64,000 bases of DNA from Paraphysomonas bandaiensis. Lineage: Eukaryota > Protista > Chrysophyceae. Position 1 is the stretch's first letter. Each line of letters starts with the position of its first letter. Positions 46,849 through 59,763 of this stretch are shown here, piece after piece. A program made the translations under genes and the position numbers. The stretch covers positions 16,037-80,036 of the forward strand of contig CBFFRP010000049.1 of assembly GCA_965644295.1 (NCBI GenBank), read 5' to 3'. Under the pieces are notes generated by a model. The model was not told where the DNA came from. It searched no databases and was given only the letters and a program-made list of their open reading frames with translations.

Positions 46849-48474
46849 TTACTCAACTACAATAATTTCAGTCCAATCACCGTGTTGAAGATTGCACATT
46901 GGCTCCATATCAATGAAGGATCCCACTAACGGTGGTGAAGTGGACCCATCAGACGAAGAGCAACATACACTGCCATATTCCTCAGCAAGTATGGAGTCGT
47001 TAGAAGGGTGTGAAGCATGGAGGTTGCAAGTAGATTCATCGCCCATATCATAGAGAGAAGGCCAAGGAGAATCGTCCACTATCACTGTCTCGTAGTACCC
47101 AAATCCATTAAACACAGTTGCCATGGACCGACCATAGGCCCCAATGTTCCCCCATTCAAGGTAGTCTCCTTCCTCAAGGCCAGCGGGCAGCAGCAATGTC
47201 TCCGGAAATTTGTCAGCACTGTCACAAGTCGGACCGTAGATGATATACTCCACCTGCTCAATGCCTACCTCTACCTCAACGCCAGACGCTTTCACGACGC
47301 GAACCGGGTATTTCCACTGTTCATGGACGACGTCATAAAGTGCACCATAAGAACCATCATTGAGATAGAGGGCAACAGCGTTTGTCCCCCTTTTAACACC
47401 TTCAATGCGAGTGAGTAGGCCCTCCCCTTCGGCCGAAAGACCTCTACCAGGTTCACACCAAAGGGTGGCCGTCGAAAATACATCCAGATCCTTAACGGCC
47501 TTGCTCACAGCTTCAATGTACTCCACCATCGGGGGAGGACAGTCCATGTCGTAGACAGACGGGAATCCACCACCAACATCAACAATGTCGATGGACACAT
47601 CTCCCAAAGCACGAATCTGAGACGCCACACTAGAGAGAGCCAATTCGTACGCCTGAGGTTTCATAGACTGACTCCCGACGTGGAAAGAAATACCCAACTT
47701 TGAGGCATACTTCCTTGCTTCGCGCAGAAGAGTTGGAGCTTGATCCGGATGCACTCCAAACTTTCCCGTTAACGGCAGTGAGGAACCATAATTAGACACC
47801 GCAAAGCGAACAATTAGAATCAAATCAGATGCAAAATTAGTTGCCTCTAATATTTTATCCAATTCTTCTTGTGAATCTAATACATAACGTCGCACACCAT
47901 ATTCATTATACACACGTGTGATCACACCACGATTTTTGATAGGATGCATAAATGCTAATTTTGCATTAGGGAATAATGAATATACAAGTTGAACTTCATA
48001 TAAACTTGCAACATCAAATCCACGAACTCCTCCTTTATAGAGTTCCCTTAATATATGAGGACTTGGGTTAGCCTTCACAGCATAGTACACTTCACCAGGA
48101 AAGTGTTGTGTAAACCAATCAGCATTCAATAGAACACGATGAGGTCTGTATATGTATTTTTGTTAGATGATAATATGTGTTTAGTTATGTATGTATTTAC
48201 CGGAAGAGGAATACAGGATTATATGGACATCTCTGTGTAACTAACTCATACGACGAGGAGACTCTCTCATTAACTGGTAAATCAGTAAGAACATGAGTTG
48301 ATTGACTGGCCAATGGCCTATGAATATATGTGAATATCTCCTCCAGCGACCTGGACTATAGATAACTATGTGTTTCAATAGATGTATGTGGTTAAGTGGA
48401 ATTATGAATGCAGTGAGCTCTTGTTGTCTATGGATTTGATCGATTCAACCCATATGGATATTGAAATCTTCCAT
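46849..48474 (-). CDS. ODC: Ornithine decarboxylase (fold-type III PLP; alphaproteobacterial-like); 5' exon uncertain
   Basis: YAVKANP, FDVAS, KFG, FHVGSQ, DVGGGFP, EPGR, GPTCDSAD and GAYG motifs; intron 48200-48146. Confidence 0.9.
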
Positions 48475-48511
48475 ATGGACTCTAAAATCTGGAATATTTA
48501 AGTGTGTTTTT

Positions 48512-49378
48512 ATTCAAAATTAGGAATAAATGAGTTATAAATACAAGGTTTTGAAGGAAGATTTGTTTTTTTTTAAGAAACAGGTGGAAAAACAGCTGTT
48601 TTCTATGAAAAGCGACGAAGGCCACCAATATGACAGTGGAAAACATATGTGAATATTAGACCACACAGCAGTAGAGTGTGTAGACCAGAGTTTTTCCATC
48701 TAAAATATGCATTTTTATAACAATTTTGTATACATAATTCAAAATATTGGGGAAAATGTAAGAATCGGTGGAAATAAGTATACGAAACTCCTGAAATCTA
48801 TTAATATTTTGGGTTTTGTGGGTATGCGTTGGATTGACAATATCTTCAAAGGCAATTGATAACATGCAACTAACGTATGTATCATATAATTCTTATAGAT
48901 GCACTCTCTCACTATAAGAAATGAAGTGCATCTATTTATCAATGCAATTATGTTATTAGTTCTTCATAGTTAAAGTTTATCAGCCACAGATGACAGAGCT
49001 AGACACAGTGTATGCAATACACAGCTCCAAATGAAAGTATTGCAACACTATTGTTGGGAATACTTACAATACATTCCCTTGTCCTGATCACATCAATACA
49101 AGTCTAACATAGCACTGAGAGAAATCATATCACTACACAAAATAACTACAGAGTAAAGTTTCTCAATAAAATCTCTATGATAACACGCAGAAGTTTGGCT
49201 ATCGATAGATCGTGTATTGTGTTATAGCGAGATAATTCGGGATATATATGATGGAATAAATTTGTAGCAGTAATGAAATATATATGCTGTATATGAAGTA
49301 TATATTGCCCATTCCGAGAGCGTGCCGTAATTGAGTGCTGGTGTTGATCAAACTAAGTAACGTATAGATTGTTAATAA
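48512..49378 (+). repeat. Direct repeat C, copy 1 (~860 bp, upstream of ODC)
   Basis: Colinear, moderately diverged copy at 54531-55379. Confidence 0.9.
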
Positions 49379-50905
49379 AATCCAGGCGTATTTTTGTGAG
49401 CCAACATCAAGCAAGCTCCAACTAGATCTACATTATTATACTTGCATAGCTCATATATGATTAGGATAAACTCCGCGCATTCTAGGTCTAGGGGAAGAGG
49501 GGTCTCAGCCAATGCCATGCTAGGCCTATACTGAATCATGCATGATCACGATAAGCTCCGCGTACAAGTGATGGGAAGGTGAACATGGCTGCGCGAATTA
49601 CATATATAGATAGTGCGTATCTATGAGAAATTCAGCGTAATCTTTGTGAAGGTGGACACGGTGGGGCGTCAACAGAACCAGCGCGTGATCTTCTAGTTGG
49701 TACACGGGCAGTATAATTTGGATTTTATATGTGGTGTACCAGCAAGACTAGACTATGGCCATGCTCTCAATGTAGTGGCTAATGGTGTAAGTGCACTGTG
49801 TGTACTGAGATATGAGAAGGAAGAGGTGCTATACCACTACAGCCCTGACTAATTCCATAATTATACACAGAAAGCTGCTGACGATAGTGTTGTCCAGGAA
49901 AACGGAAGAAATTAGAGAGCGGCAACAGAAGTGTATTAGGTTTGTAATCATGTCTCAAACGAAATCAAAATTAGACAACTATAACAACTGTATTGTTTAT
50001 TACTCATTTTCACAGCAATGAAATTCACAAAGTCAATTTCAATTCAGAAAAAAAGACGTCATGCTTTTTTGCTGTTTACATAGTGTCTTTGCTTATTGGC
50101 GCTTTCTTGGGAAATTCATTCTCTTGTTTTTTGGCTTCTGGGAAGGCTTCGATGGAGGGGAAGAGATGGAATCCTTATCATCCGATACCTCCTTAACTAC
50201 CATCTCCGCCACCAAAAATCCCTTCACATCAGCGAACATCTAAGCGTACAGGTAGAGTATGGCAGGCAACAAAATTAGAACTTTTCACTTTCTCGGCAAG
50301 CTTCGTACGCCTAGGTTTCTTACGATTTATATCTTCAAAAATGGCATCCATCGTCCCGTGAACGGGAATGTATGATGCCGTTTCTTTCCAGTAACTGACT
50401 CGATCCCCTCACCGTTGACTTTTTTGCCTCAGATATAGACTTGACCTTTTTCGCTCCCTCTGCATCAGAATCATCACTACTTGTTTCAGAATCATAGTCA
50501 CTGTTACTGTCCTTTGCCCCCACTAAGCCAACACCCGAATGATGCATACCACCTGAGCCCTCCAGAGCACCTGGGCAACATTGCACTTATAATGTTCTCC
50601 TTGTTTGGGATGTACGTAGTACCGCCAGACACATCGTCCCAATCAACCTCTTCATCATCCTTCTCCCAACTCTCGTTACTATGAATGCAATTCACAAGAT
50701 TCTGTTTCGTATAAACGATTCATAGGGAGGTTAGAGCAGACGGTAGAAGTACGTCTATTCGACTTGAATTATGATCTCACCTTACTGACAACTTTCTCTT
50801 TTTATTCCGCAACCATTTTAACGTGGTAGGAGTCCGTGAATACTATGAAGATGTCAATACAAGTTGGGATATAGATGTATATAAATATCATGGATGTTGG
50901 CTGCA

Positions 50906-51056
50906 GTATTGGCATCCTTTGTATATTTTTGTTCAAAGATGCCTCATATATTGAGACAACAATTATCTGTATTTCAGCCGTAGTTGTATGTAGGTAATAT
51001 AGAAGCTTTTGCTTCAATTTATTTCCGAATAATAAGATGCTGACTGCCGATATACG
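50906..51056 (+). mobile_element. M1 MITE copy 4
   Basis: GTATTGGCATCCTTTG...GACTGCCGATA. Confidence 0.8.
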
Positions 51057-51271
51057 TGCATTATTATACTGCACAGGCATACACTCTGCATGCATCACAT
51101 AGACATGCAGGATCCCCATACTTTCGGAGTGCTTTCCCAAAAAAGTTGTATTTTAGTAGAAAAGTGGCAGTTTTCTCTTTCACAGAGGTTTTCACAAGCC
51201 AAAAAAACACTGCATATCTAGTACCAGAAAGTGGACTGAAGTGGACTTCCTACACTTTGTACAGTAGCCAT

Positions 51272-51410
51272 CGTGTGGTATCCTTTGTATATGTCTCTAT
51301 TATTGAGACAATAATTATCTGTATTCCAGCCATAGTTGTATCTCAGTAGTATAGTGTATTATTGCACCAATTCATTCCCGAAAATTGAGATGCTGACTGC
51401 CAATACGCAT
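51272..51410 (+). mobile_element. M1 MITE copy 5 (internal deletion)
   Basis: M1 body; ends GACTGCCAATACG. Confidence 0.75.
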
Positions 51411-51556
51411 ATAAAAAGGGCGATTTTTTAGCTTGGTTAACATATTAAACCACAGATATATATGTATGTGCAGTAGTATATAGAGATATGTGTAGCTAGA
51501 TATTCCCACCTCATCTCATCTCATAATTCTATGTGTCTATACACTCTATTAGCATC

Positions 51557-54547
51557 ATGATATCAATGAATCAGTGTTCATATAAGTCGAGTATATCTGT
51601 TCTTAATGATGATGTTGTTCGTCTCATCATCTCTATGATCCCACACACGGCTCTTCTTCCAGTGATCATGACTTGTAAGAGACTTCACGATATCGTCTAC
51701 ACTGATAAGAGCAGAGAGAGACTTGAGTCACATGCATCTCACTACTGTATGACCAACTCAATGGTCTCATGGGCTCTGTCTGTGGGCTGCCCACACACCA
51801 AACTAATGAATACATGTGCACAATACGGCAGACTACAGCAGATGAAACACTTATACACACATACGTGTACACATACACATAATACAGAGTATGCTTCTAG
51901 TGAATTGGATGCACAACAGTGTCTTCGCTCACAGGACCCTCCATGTCCCTGGAATGAGTGGACTTGCAGTGCAGCTGCAGAAGGTGGACACATACATGTT
52001 CTGAATTGGCTTCGTTCACAGGACACTCCACGGTCATGGGATGTTTGGATTTGCATTGCTGCTGCCCGTAATGGACGTTTGGGTGTTCTGGAGTGGCTTC
52101 ATTTACAGGACCGTCCACGGTCATGGGATGCGCGGGTTTGCTTTGCTGCTGCTAAAGGTGGACACTTGGATGTTCTGAAATGGCTTCGTTCACAGGATCC
52201 ACCATGTCCATGGGATGTACGGACTTCTGATGCAGCTGCAGAAGGTGGACACTTACATGTTCTGAGGTGGCTTCGTTCACAATATCCACCATGTCCATGG
52301 GATGCAGGGACTTGTGATGCAGCTGCAAAAGGTGAACACTTACATGTTCTGAAATGGCTTCGTTCACAGGACCCCCCATGTTCATGGGATGCAGGGACTT
52401 GTCGTGTTGCTGTAGAAAATGGATGTTTGGGTGTCCTGAAGTGGCTTCGTTCACAGGATCCACCATGCCCATGGGATGCAAGGACTTGCAGTGCAGCTGC
52501 AGAAGGTGGACACTTTTATGTTCTGAAGTGGCTTCGTTCGCAGTATCCACCATGTCCATGGGATGCAGGGACTTGTTATGCTGCTGCAAAAGGTGGAAAC
52601 TTGGATATTCTGAAATGGCTTCGTTCACAGGACCCTCAATGTCTATGGGATTCAGAAATATGTACCGTTGCAGCAAAGGCTGGACGCTTGGATGTGCTGA
52701 GGTGGCTTCGTTCTCAAAGCCCACCAAGTCCGTGGAATGCTGGGACTTGCACTGTTGCTGCTGAGGAGGGACACTTGGATGTTCTGAAGTGGCTTTGTTC
52801 ACAGTGCCCTCCATGCCCATGGAATTCAGAAACTTGCTTTGCTGCAGCAGCAGATGGTGAACACTTGAATGTTCTCAGTTGGCTTCGCTCACAGGACGTT
52901 TCACTGTTATGTGAAGATTGGACTTGTTATGCTGCTGCAAAAGGTGGGCATTTGTGTATTCTGAGGTGGCTTCGCTCACAGGACCCTCCATGTCCGTGGG
53001 ACGAGGGGACTTGTGATGCAGCTGCAGAAGGGGGACACTTGGATATTCTAAAGTGGCTTCGTTCACAGAATCCTCCGTGCCCATGGGATGCAGGGGCTTC
53101 TGATGCAGCTGCACATAACGGACGTTTGGGTGTTCTGAAGTGGCTTCGTTCACAGGACCCACCATGTCCATGGGATGCAGGGACTTGTTATTCAGCTGCC
53201 AGAGGTGGTCACTTGGATGTTCTGAAGTGGCTTGGTTCACAGGATCCACCATGTCCATGGAATGTACGGACTTGCTTTGATGCTGCAGCAGATGGAGAAC
53301 GCTTTAATATTCTCAGTTGGCTTCGCTCACAGGACGTTTCACTGTTGTGTGAAGATTGGACTTCTTATGCTGCTGCCCGTAATGGACGTTTAGATGTTCT
53401 AAAATGGCTTCGTTCACAGGATCCACCATGTCCATGGGATGCAGGGACTTGTTATGCTGCTGCAAAAGGTGGAAACTTGGATGTTCTGAAATGGCTTCGT
53501 TCACAGGATCCACCATGTCCATGGGATGTACGGGCTTGTCGTGCCGCTACAGAAGAAGTGAACTTGAATGTTCTGAGGTGGCTTCGTTCACAGGATCCAC
53601 CATGTCCATGGGATGCAGAGACTTATCGTGCGGCTGCGAATGGTGGACATTTGTACGTTCTGAAGTGGCTTCGGTCACAGGATCCTCCATGCCCGTGGGA
53701 TGATTGGACTTGTACTGTTGCTGCAGAAGGTGGACACTTGGGTGTTCTGAAGTGGCTTCGTTCACAGGATCCACCATGTCCATGGAATTCAGAAACTTGC
53801 ATTGCAGCTGCAAGACGTGGACAATTGCATGTTCTGAAGTGGCTTCGGTCAGAGGATCCACCGTGTCCATGGAATGAATGGACTTGCATTGCAGCTGTTA
53901 AAGATGGGCACTTGGATGTTCTGGATTGGCTTCGGTCACAAGATCCTCCATGCCCATGGGATTCAGAAGCTTGCTTTTCTGCTGCAGCAGATGGTGAACA
54001 CTTGAATGTTCTTAGTTGGTTTCACTTGCATGATTTTCCACTGCCACATTAGGATTGCACTTGTTATGCTGCTGCAAATGGTGGACACTTGGGTGTTCTG
54101 AGGTGGCTTCGTTCACAGGATCCACCATGTCCGTGGGATGTACGGGCTTGCCGTGCAGCTGTGAATAGTGGACCTTTGTACGTTCTGAAGTGGCTTCGGT
54201 CACAGGATCCTCCATGCCCGTGGGATGATTGGACTTGTACCGTTGTTGCAGAAGGTGGACACTTGGGTGTTCTGAGGTGGCTTCGTTCACAGGATCCACC
54301 ATGTCCGTGGGATGTACGGGCTTGCCGTGCAGCTGTGAATAGTGGACCTTTGTACGTTCTGAAGTGGCTTCGGTCACAGGATCCTCCATGCCCGTGGGAT
54401 GATTGGACTTGTACCGTTGTTGCAGAAGGTGGACACTTGGGTGTTCTGAAGTGGCTTAGTTTATATGACCCTCCATGTCCATGGAATTCAAAAACTTGCA
54501 TTGCCGCTGCAAAAGATGGATGTGTATTAATTCAAAATCTGGAATAA
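51557..54547 (+). CDS. F-box-like N-terminus plus ~30 27-aa ankyrin-like WLRSQDPPCPWD repeats; in-frame TAG at 54050-54052
   Basis: SVLNDDVVRLIISMI...VIMTCKRLHDI; 81-bp tandem repeats; reading frame continues unchanged after the TAG to 54547. Confidence 0.85.
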
Positions 54548-55379
54548 ATGAGTGGTAAATACAAGGTTTTGAAGGACAATTTAGTTTTTTTTAAGAAACA
54601 GGTGGAAAAACAGCTGTTTTCTATGAAAAGCGACGGAGGCCACCAATATGATAGTGGAAAACATGTGTGAATATTAGAGAGACCACGTACAGTGGAGTGT
54701 GTAGACCATAGTTTTTCCATCTAAAGTTTTGTACACATTGTTCAAAGTATTGGGGAAAATGTAGGAATCGGTGGAAATAAGTATACGAAACTCCTGAAAT
54801 CTAATAATATTTTGGGTTTTGTGGGTATGCGTTGGATTGACAATATCTTCAAAGGCAATTGATAATATGCAACTTACGTATGTATCATATAATTCTTATA
54901 GATGCACTCTCTCATTATAAGACATGAGGTTCTAACAATGCAATTATGCTATTAGTTCTTCATAGTTGAAGGATATCAGCCACAGATGACAGAGCTAGGC
55001 ACAGTGTATGCAATACACAGCTCCAAATGGAAGTATTTCAACACTATTGTTGGGAATACTTACAATACATTCCCTTGTCCTGATCACACCAATACAAGTC
55101 TAACATAGCACTGAGAGAAATCATATCACTACACAAAATAACTTGTAACTGGCTCATAGTAAACTTTATAAAATCTCTAGGATAACACGCAGAGTTTGGC
55201 TATCGATAGATCGTGTATTGTGTTGTAGCAAGATAATTCGGGAAATAGGTGGAGTGAATTTATTGCAGCAATTAAATACATGCGCTATATAGCAAGTATA
55301 TGTTTCCCCATTCCAAGAGCGTGCCGTAATAGAGTGCTAGTGTTGATTAAACTAAAAGTAACATTTAGATTATTGTTAA
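54531..55379 (+). repeat. Direct repeat C, copy 2
   Basis: Matches 48512-49378. Confidence 0.9.
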
Positions 55380-55885
55380 CACACACCTCACGATACTGAT
55401 ATATTCTGCTGCTGATCTTCAATTATGGTGTTTATACAACTTTGTGCTCTTCTGAAAATCTATATTTTTCCTTCGTTGGTTCCTGAAAGCGAATGCAGTC
55501 ATCGAAGTTATTCAGTGGAGAAGTAAAAGATAATTAGCGCTATCGCTCATACCATATGAACATCTCGAGATGTCCTGCACATCATCATAGAGTGAGTGAT
55601 ATCCACAGCTTTTTTGACCCCTCTTTCCCATAACACTCACAGGAGGTCGAGGTAATACCAAAACCTGGTAAAGCAATTTCACCAGGTTTCATATCTAAGT
55701 ATTGAGTTATTATTTTTTATTGTAATTTGTATCTGAGAGGTTAAAGATAAAGAAAAATTCGCAATTATAGTTGTTATTAGCAGTATTTATTGCGTTACAA
55801 GTTGGCCCTGCTACTTGTGTTTTGTAAAGTACATATTCTCATTTTGAGATGGTATATTGTGGTGTATGGTGAGATGGTTATAGTT

Positions 55886-56684
55886 CAGGGATAGGGAACA
55901 ATATATTGTATTGCAATACATTGTACAATATATTGCAATATATTGTAAAATATATTGATTGGTGGACTGGTCAAATATTCCATCAATAGTGTTTCTGCTA
56001 AAAGAGCTCACAATACTATTGCAATATATTGCAATCAATATTATGATAGTCATATAAGAGAAGATTCTCAACTGTAGCGTGAAAAATGGATATAAATAAC
56101 CGAGAAATTGATTACAACATTACAAAGGATAATGAAGCTGATGTTGACTATGCGACTAAAAATCTTCAGTCAGCTCAAAAAATTAAGAAACGTACAGATC
56201 CACGAGTCATTAACGGTTGCCTGGCCTTGGTATGTACTTCCAATACATGGGAACGTCTGTTCAGCACAGCTAAACATATTATATCAGTGTTGCGCAAAAG
56301 TATCCATCCTACTTAATATGCTGTTGTTTTAGAAAGCTATTCGACAGTTATGACCGGATACTAGCATATTTCAGTTAATTCTGTGGATGAATATGGTGAT
56401 GTTGACCTCACCGATGATGGCTCAGAGGATGAGGACGAGGTGGATTTTTAGTAGCTATAAGCAGCAGTTGGTTTGGTTGTCATGTGATCTTAATGACTAA
56501 TACTAAAAATGAAATCTACGGATGTGTTTACCCACTGATTAGTCAAACTAATATATCGCAATACATTGACAATATATTGCAATATATTGTAATTGTATTG
56601 TAGGACCGGTTTAAAAAATCCATCAATACTATTGATGGAACGCTATCTAACAATAGTATTGCAATATATTGTTCCCTATCCCTG
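55886..56684 (+). mobile_element. Nested non-autonomous hAT element
   Basis: TIR CAGGGATAGGGAACAATATATTG; 8-bp TSD TTATAGTT; internal TSNTWERLFSTAKHIISVLRKSIHP resembles the hAT dimerisation domain. Confidence 0.88.
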
Positions 56685-56692
56685 TTATAGTT

Positions 56693-57170
56693 CATAACAT
56701 CCAAGTGTTCACCCCTAGCTGCAGCACACTGCAAGTAGTGTCTTCATCCCATGGACATGGAGGGAACTGTGAATGTAGCCACTGTAGAACATCAAAGTGT
56801 CCACTCCTAGCTGCAGCACTGCAAGTGTCTTCATCCCATGGACATGGAGGGTACTGTGAACGGAGCCACTGTAGAGCATCCAAGTGTCCACCTCTAGCAT
56901 CCTCCGTGCAAGTGAATGATGCAAGTGTCTGCCGTATAGCGCATATGCATTTAATAGCTTGACATGTGAGCATCCCATATACAGTGCCCATGAGACCACT
57001 GAGTTCGTCATACAATAGTAAGAGGCATTAAACCTTTCTCTTATTATATAGTACATGAGATACATGTCTCATCAGTCTCAGTGTTTGGGTGAGAATCATG
57101 AAAGTAAGCTGTTATGTCATCAACTATATCATAAAAACACTTACAACTCATTATCACAGGAAGGAGATGT
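56693..57170 (-). pseudogene. Captured fragment of an F-box/PPCPW-ankyrin paralogue
   Basis: ASYYCMTNSVVSWALYMGC and GGHLDALQWLRSQYPPCPWDEDTC, frameshifted; homologous to 51557-52000. Confidence 0.85.
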
Positions 57171-57849
57171 GACTATGCAAGTATAATGTAGATCTCGATA
57201 TATGTGTAGTCGGTGACTTTTATAGCTGTAAAACTGAAATAATAAGGACGAAATTAGTAAAATATATTATAAATAATACTTTTTACACTGTTAATATTAT
57301 CTTCATAGTTACTTATTGTGCATAGTTATACCCTTTTCCAACCATCATCAAAAATTTCACCAGGTTTTATACATTTTACCAGGTTTTGGTATTACCTCGA
57401 CATCATGTGACTCACACGAAATTCGCCGGGAATTTATCGTGCAGTGGATTTATCCAGCAATTAGTCATACAGCAGTAATTGTGTTACAAATCTTAATTTT
57501 AACACAACGATATTTATTATTCTGAGAAGTAGTCCAAAGCAGATGATACTGAACTAGCAGAACATAGTATTTGCTGACTTTTGGTTTGCACTCGCTTTTT
57601 GTTAAGTTGCATTCTAGAACTTTCAAAACAGTAGCGGTTTGCTTATAAATATTGCTTATTATAAAGTGGTACCATTATAATGATACATGACACCACCTAA
57701 GCTTTTTCATCAAAAATCTGGACATGCCAGAAAAAAGAGCTTCACTATATCAGTATTGCTTTCTAACTCCTACCGTACAGACTTAATCTCCATTCAATAT
57801 GAACTGAAGGTGCTGCCAATCAAGAGCTTGTTTTCGCAAGGCAAATAAC

Positions 57850-59410
57850 TTAGAAAGACTTGAACAAATCCCTGGCACGAGCGCTGACGGGTTTCTCCAC
57901 AATATGATGCATTATATAGGATAGAGCTAGAGAGATAACAGCCCCGAGCAGCGAGTTCAGCAGAATATAACTGATCCATTCAGTAGAGAGGTCAGATACA
58001 CTCACCGTACCAGAAGAAATAACGGATGGTAGCCAAATCCCAGTGAACTCACGGACAGTGGGATTAAGAATCATTTCCATCAATAATCTGAAATGAATCA
58101 GATAAGAGCAAAAGGAGAGTTCCGCAATTGGACGGAAAAAAGGCAAAGAAAGAAAAGATGCAATAAGTGGAGAGTAGAATGGATGCTCTGAAGGTACAGA
58201 TACACTGTACAAAATATACCCTGCAGCGCAAGCTATCATCGTACGTAGTGCAACCGTCATAAAGAACTGAGCATCCAACGGAATTTCCTCTGAATATTAT
58301 CACATTGTTTAGCGCAATCAGAAATAGAGTGGTGTGGTGCATACATACCGTTTGGATTCTGAGGTATGCATGGTAATGTTAGTGTCATTATTGCAATACC
58401 AGTGAGTACCCAGTGAACACTCTTTAGAAGCACTGAGTACACAGTAGAGCAGCCAGACCCATTGGACTTAGTAGTTAGGTGAATTAAACACGCATACAAG
58501 CCACCCACAACATAAGGCCCAAACCGAGAATGAGTGGGCATATAAAGCGAACTCATATACTCCTGAGATATGTGATGAGCAGTATTGACAGCATGCCAAG
58601 TGTGATTGTAGTAATCTTGGAACCATACATACGAGGCATCAGTCATCATGACACCAAAATGTGAATACTGCCCAAGCTTGACCAAATTACGAACCTCTGG
58701 ATCAAAAATAATCCCACGAATAGCAAGAGACAGGCCGAGTAAAACAAATAAAATACCCGCCAACCTTTTGGCAAAAAGGTCGCTGTTAATAGTACCTTTA
58801 CCCACTTTATCCTTCTCAAAGCACGTACGTTGTAGTAGAGTGGCGATGAGATAAAGTACAATAGACATGTGCAGGTCAGCTGCACATGACCACATAAGTG
58901 AGCCAGTAAAATTTCCATACTTAGCCATATCAAAATAGTTGTTGATAAAAGCAACAATGATGGCAATTTGAGGTATCATGCCGGGGCTGTTGTCAAGATC
59001 GCGATACTTCTTTTCCCAGGAATCACCAAGATAAACTCCAACAGTCAATATGATTATCATAGATGGAAGCATACGGGAAACACGCTTGAATATGAATGAA
59101 AAAATATTAGGAAGAAATTTCTTGGATGATATGAGGCTCTGTGTTAGTAAGAATCCAGCTAGCATAAACCTGATGCAGTGTGTTATAGTTGTATAGTGGG
59201 ATATATGCATATATATACATACATGATGTCTACTTGAACTCCACCTGCTTGAGCAGTAGTATACACCCAATGCCCTTTAATTGCTTGCCAGAGTGGTCCT
59301 TCACTAGGCAAATGAGCAGTACAAAGCATAGCTGCATGAAGAGCTATTAATGACAAGTGTGTCAATGCTCTCATGCCATCCATTGCATGATTACGTGTAG
59401 TAAATACCAT
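57850..59410 (-). CDS. Acyltransferase-3 family membrane protein, 3 exons
   Basis: MDGMRAL....IALH, GGVQVDIM/FMLAGFLL, KRVSRMLP, WSCAAD, PTHSRFGPY and LSFCSYLIHF motifs. Confidence 0.88.
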
Positions 59411-59763
59411 CTTTGATTAGTAATATGAATAGTATTGCTATTTATGCAAATTATGTTGTAGATTATAATGCAAAATTAATGTTAGAATTGCATATATATT
59501 CCTAATTAAGATTCTATTGCAGCCACAAATTTATATCTTAACATGCATGTGTGGTGGGACATGGACATGTATATATAGATCTATATGGATGCAACATACA
59601 GCAGCATATACATACATAATACATATGGATATATCCATATACAACACTGTATATATATACATCTACAGGATAAAGAAATTTCTCTGATATTTCTTTTTAA
59701 TTTGGAATTCTATCCCAAACCCAAAAACTGAAACTCTCTCTACATCTTTGTGTTGAATTGAAA

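Larger units (their letters stand above)
55638..57409. mobile_element. Non-autonomous CMC/CACTA-like pack element
   Basis: TIRs CACAGGAGGTCGAGGTAATACCAAAACCTGGTAAA / TTTACCAGGTTTTGGTATTACCTCGACATCATGTG; 3-bp TSD ACT (55635-55637, 57410-57412). Confidence 0.75.

Noticed and set aside
50150-50820. Acidic/basic minus-strand ORF fragments, possibly a decayed TE gene
   Set aside because: Multiple stops and no motif I can assign
51920-54510. Regular 81-bp repeats as a CRISPR array or DGR target
   Set aside because: Units are contiguous in-frame coding repeats with no unique spacers, cas genes or DGR-type RT, and variation is not adenine-specific
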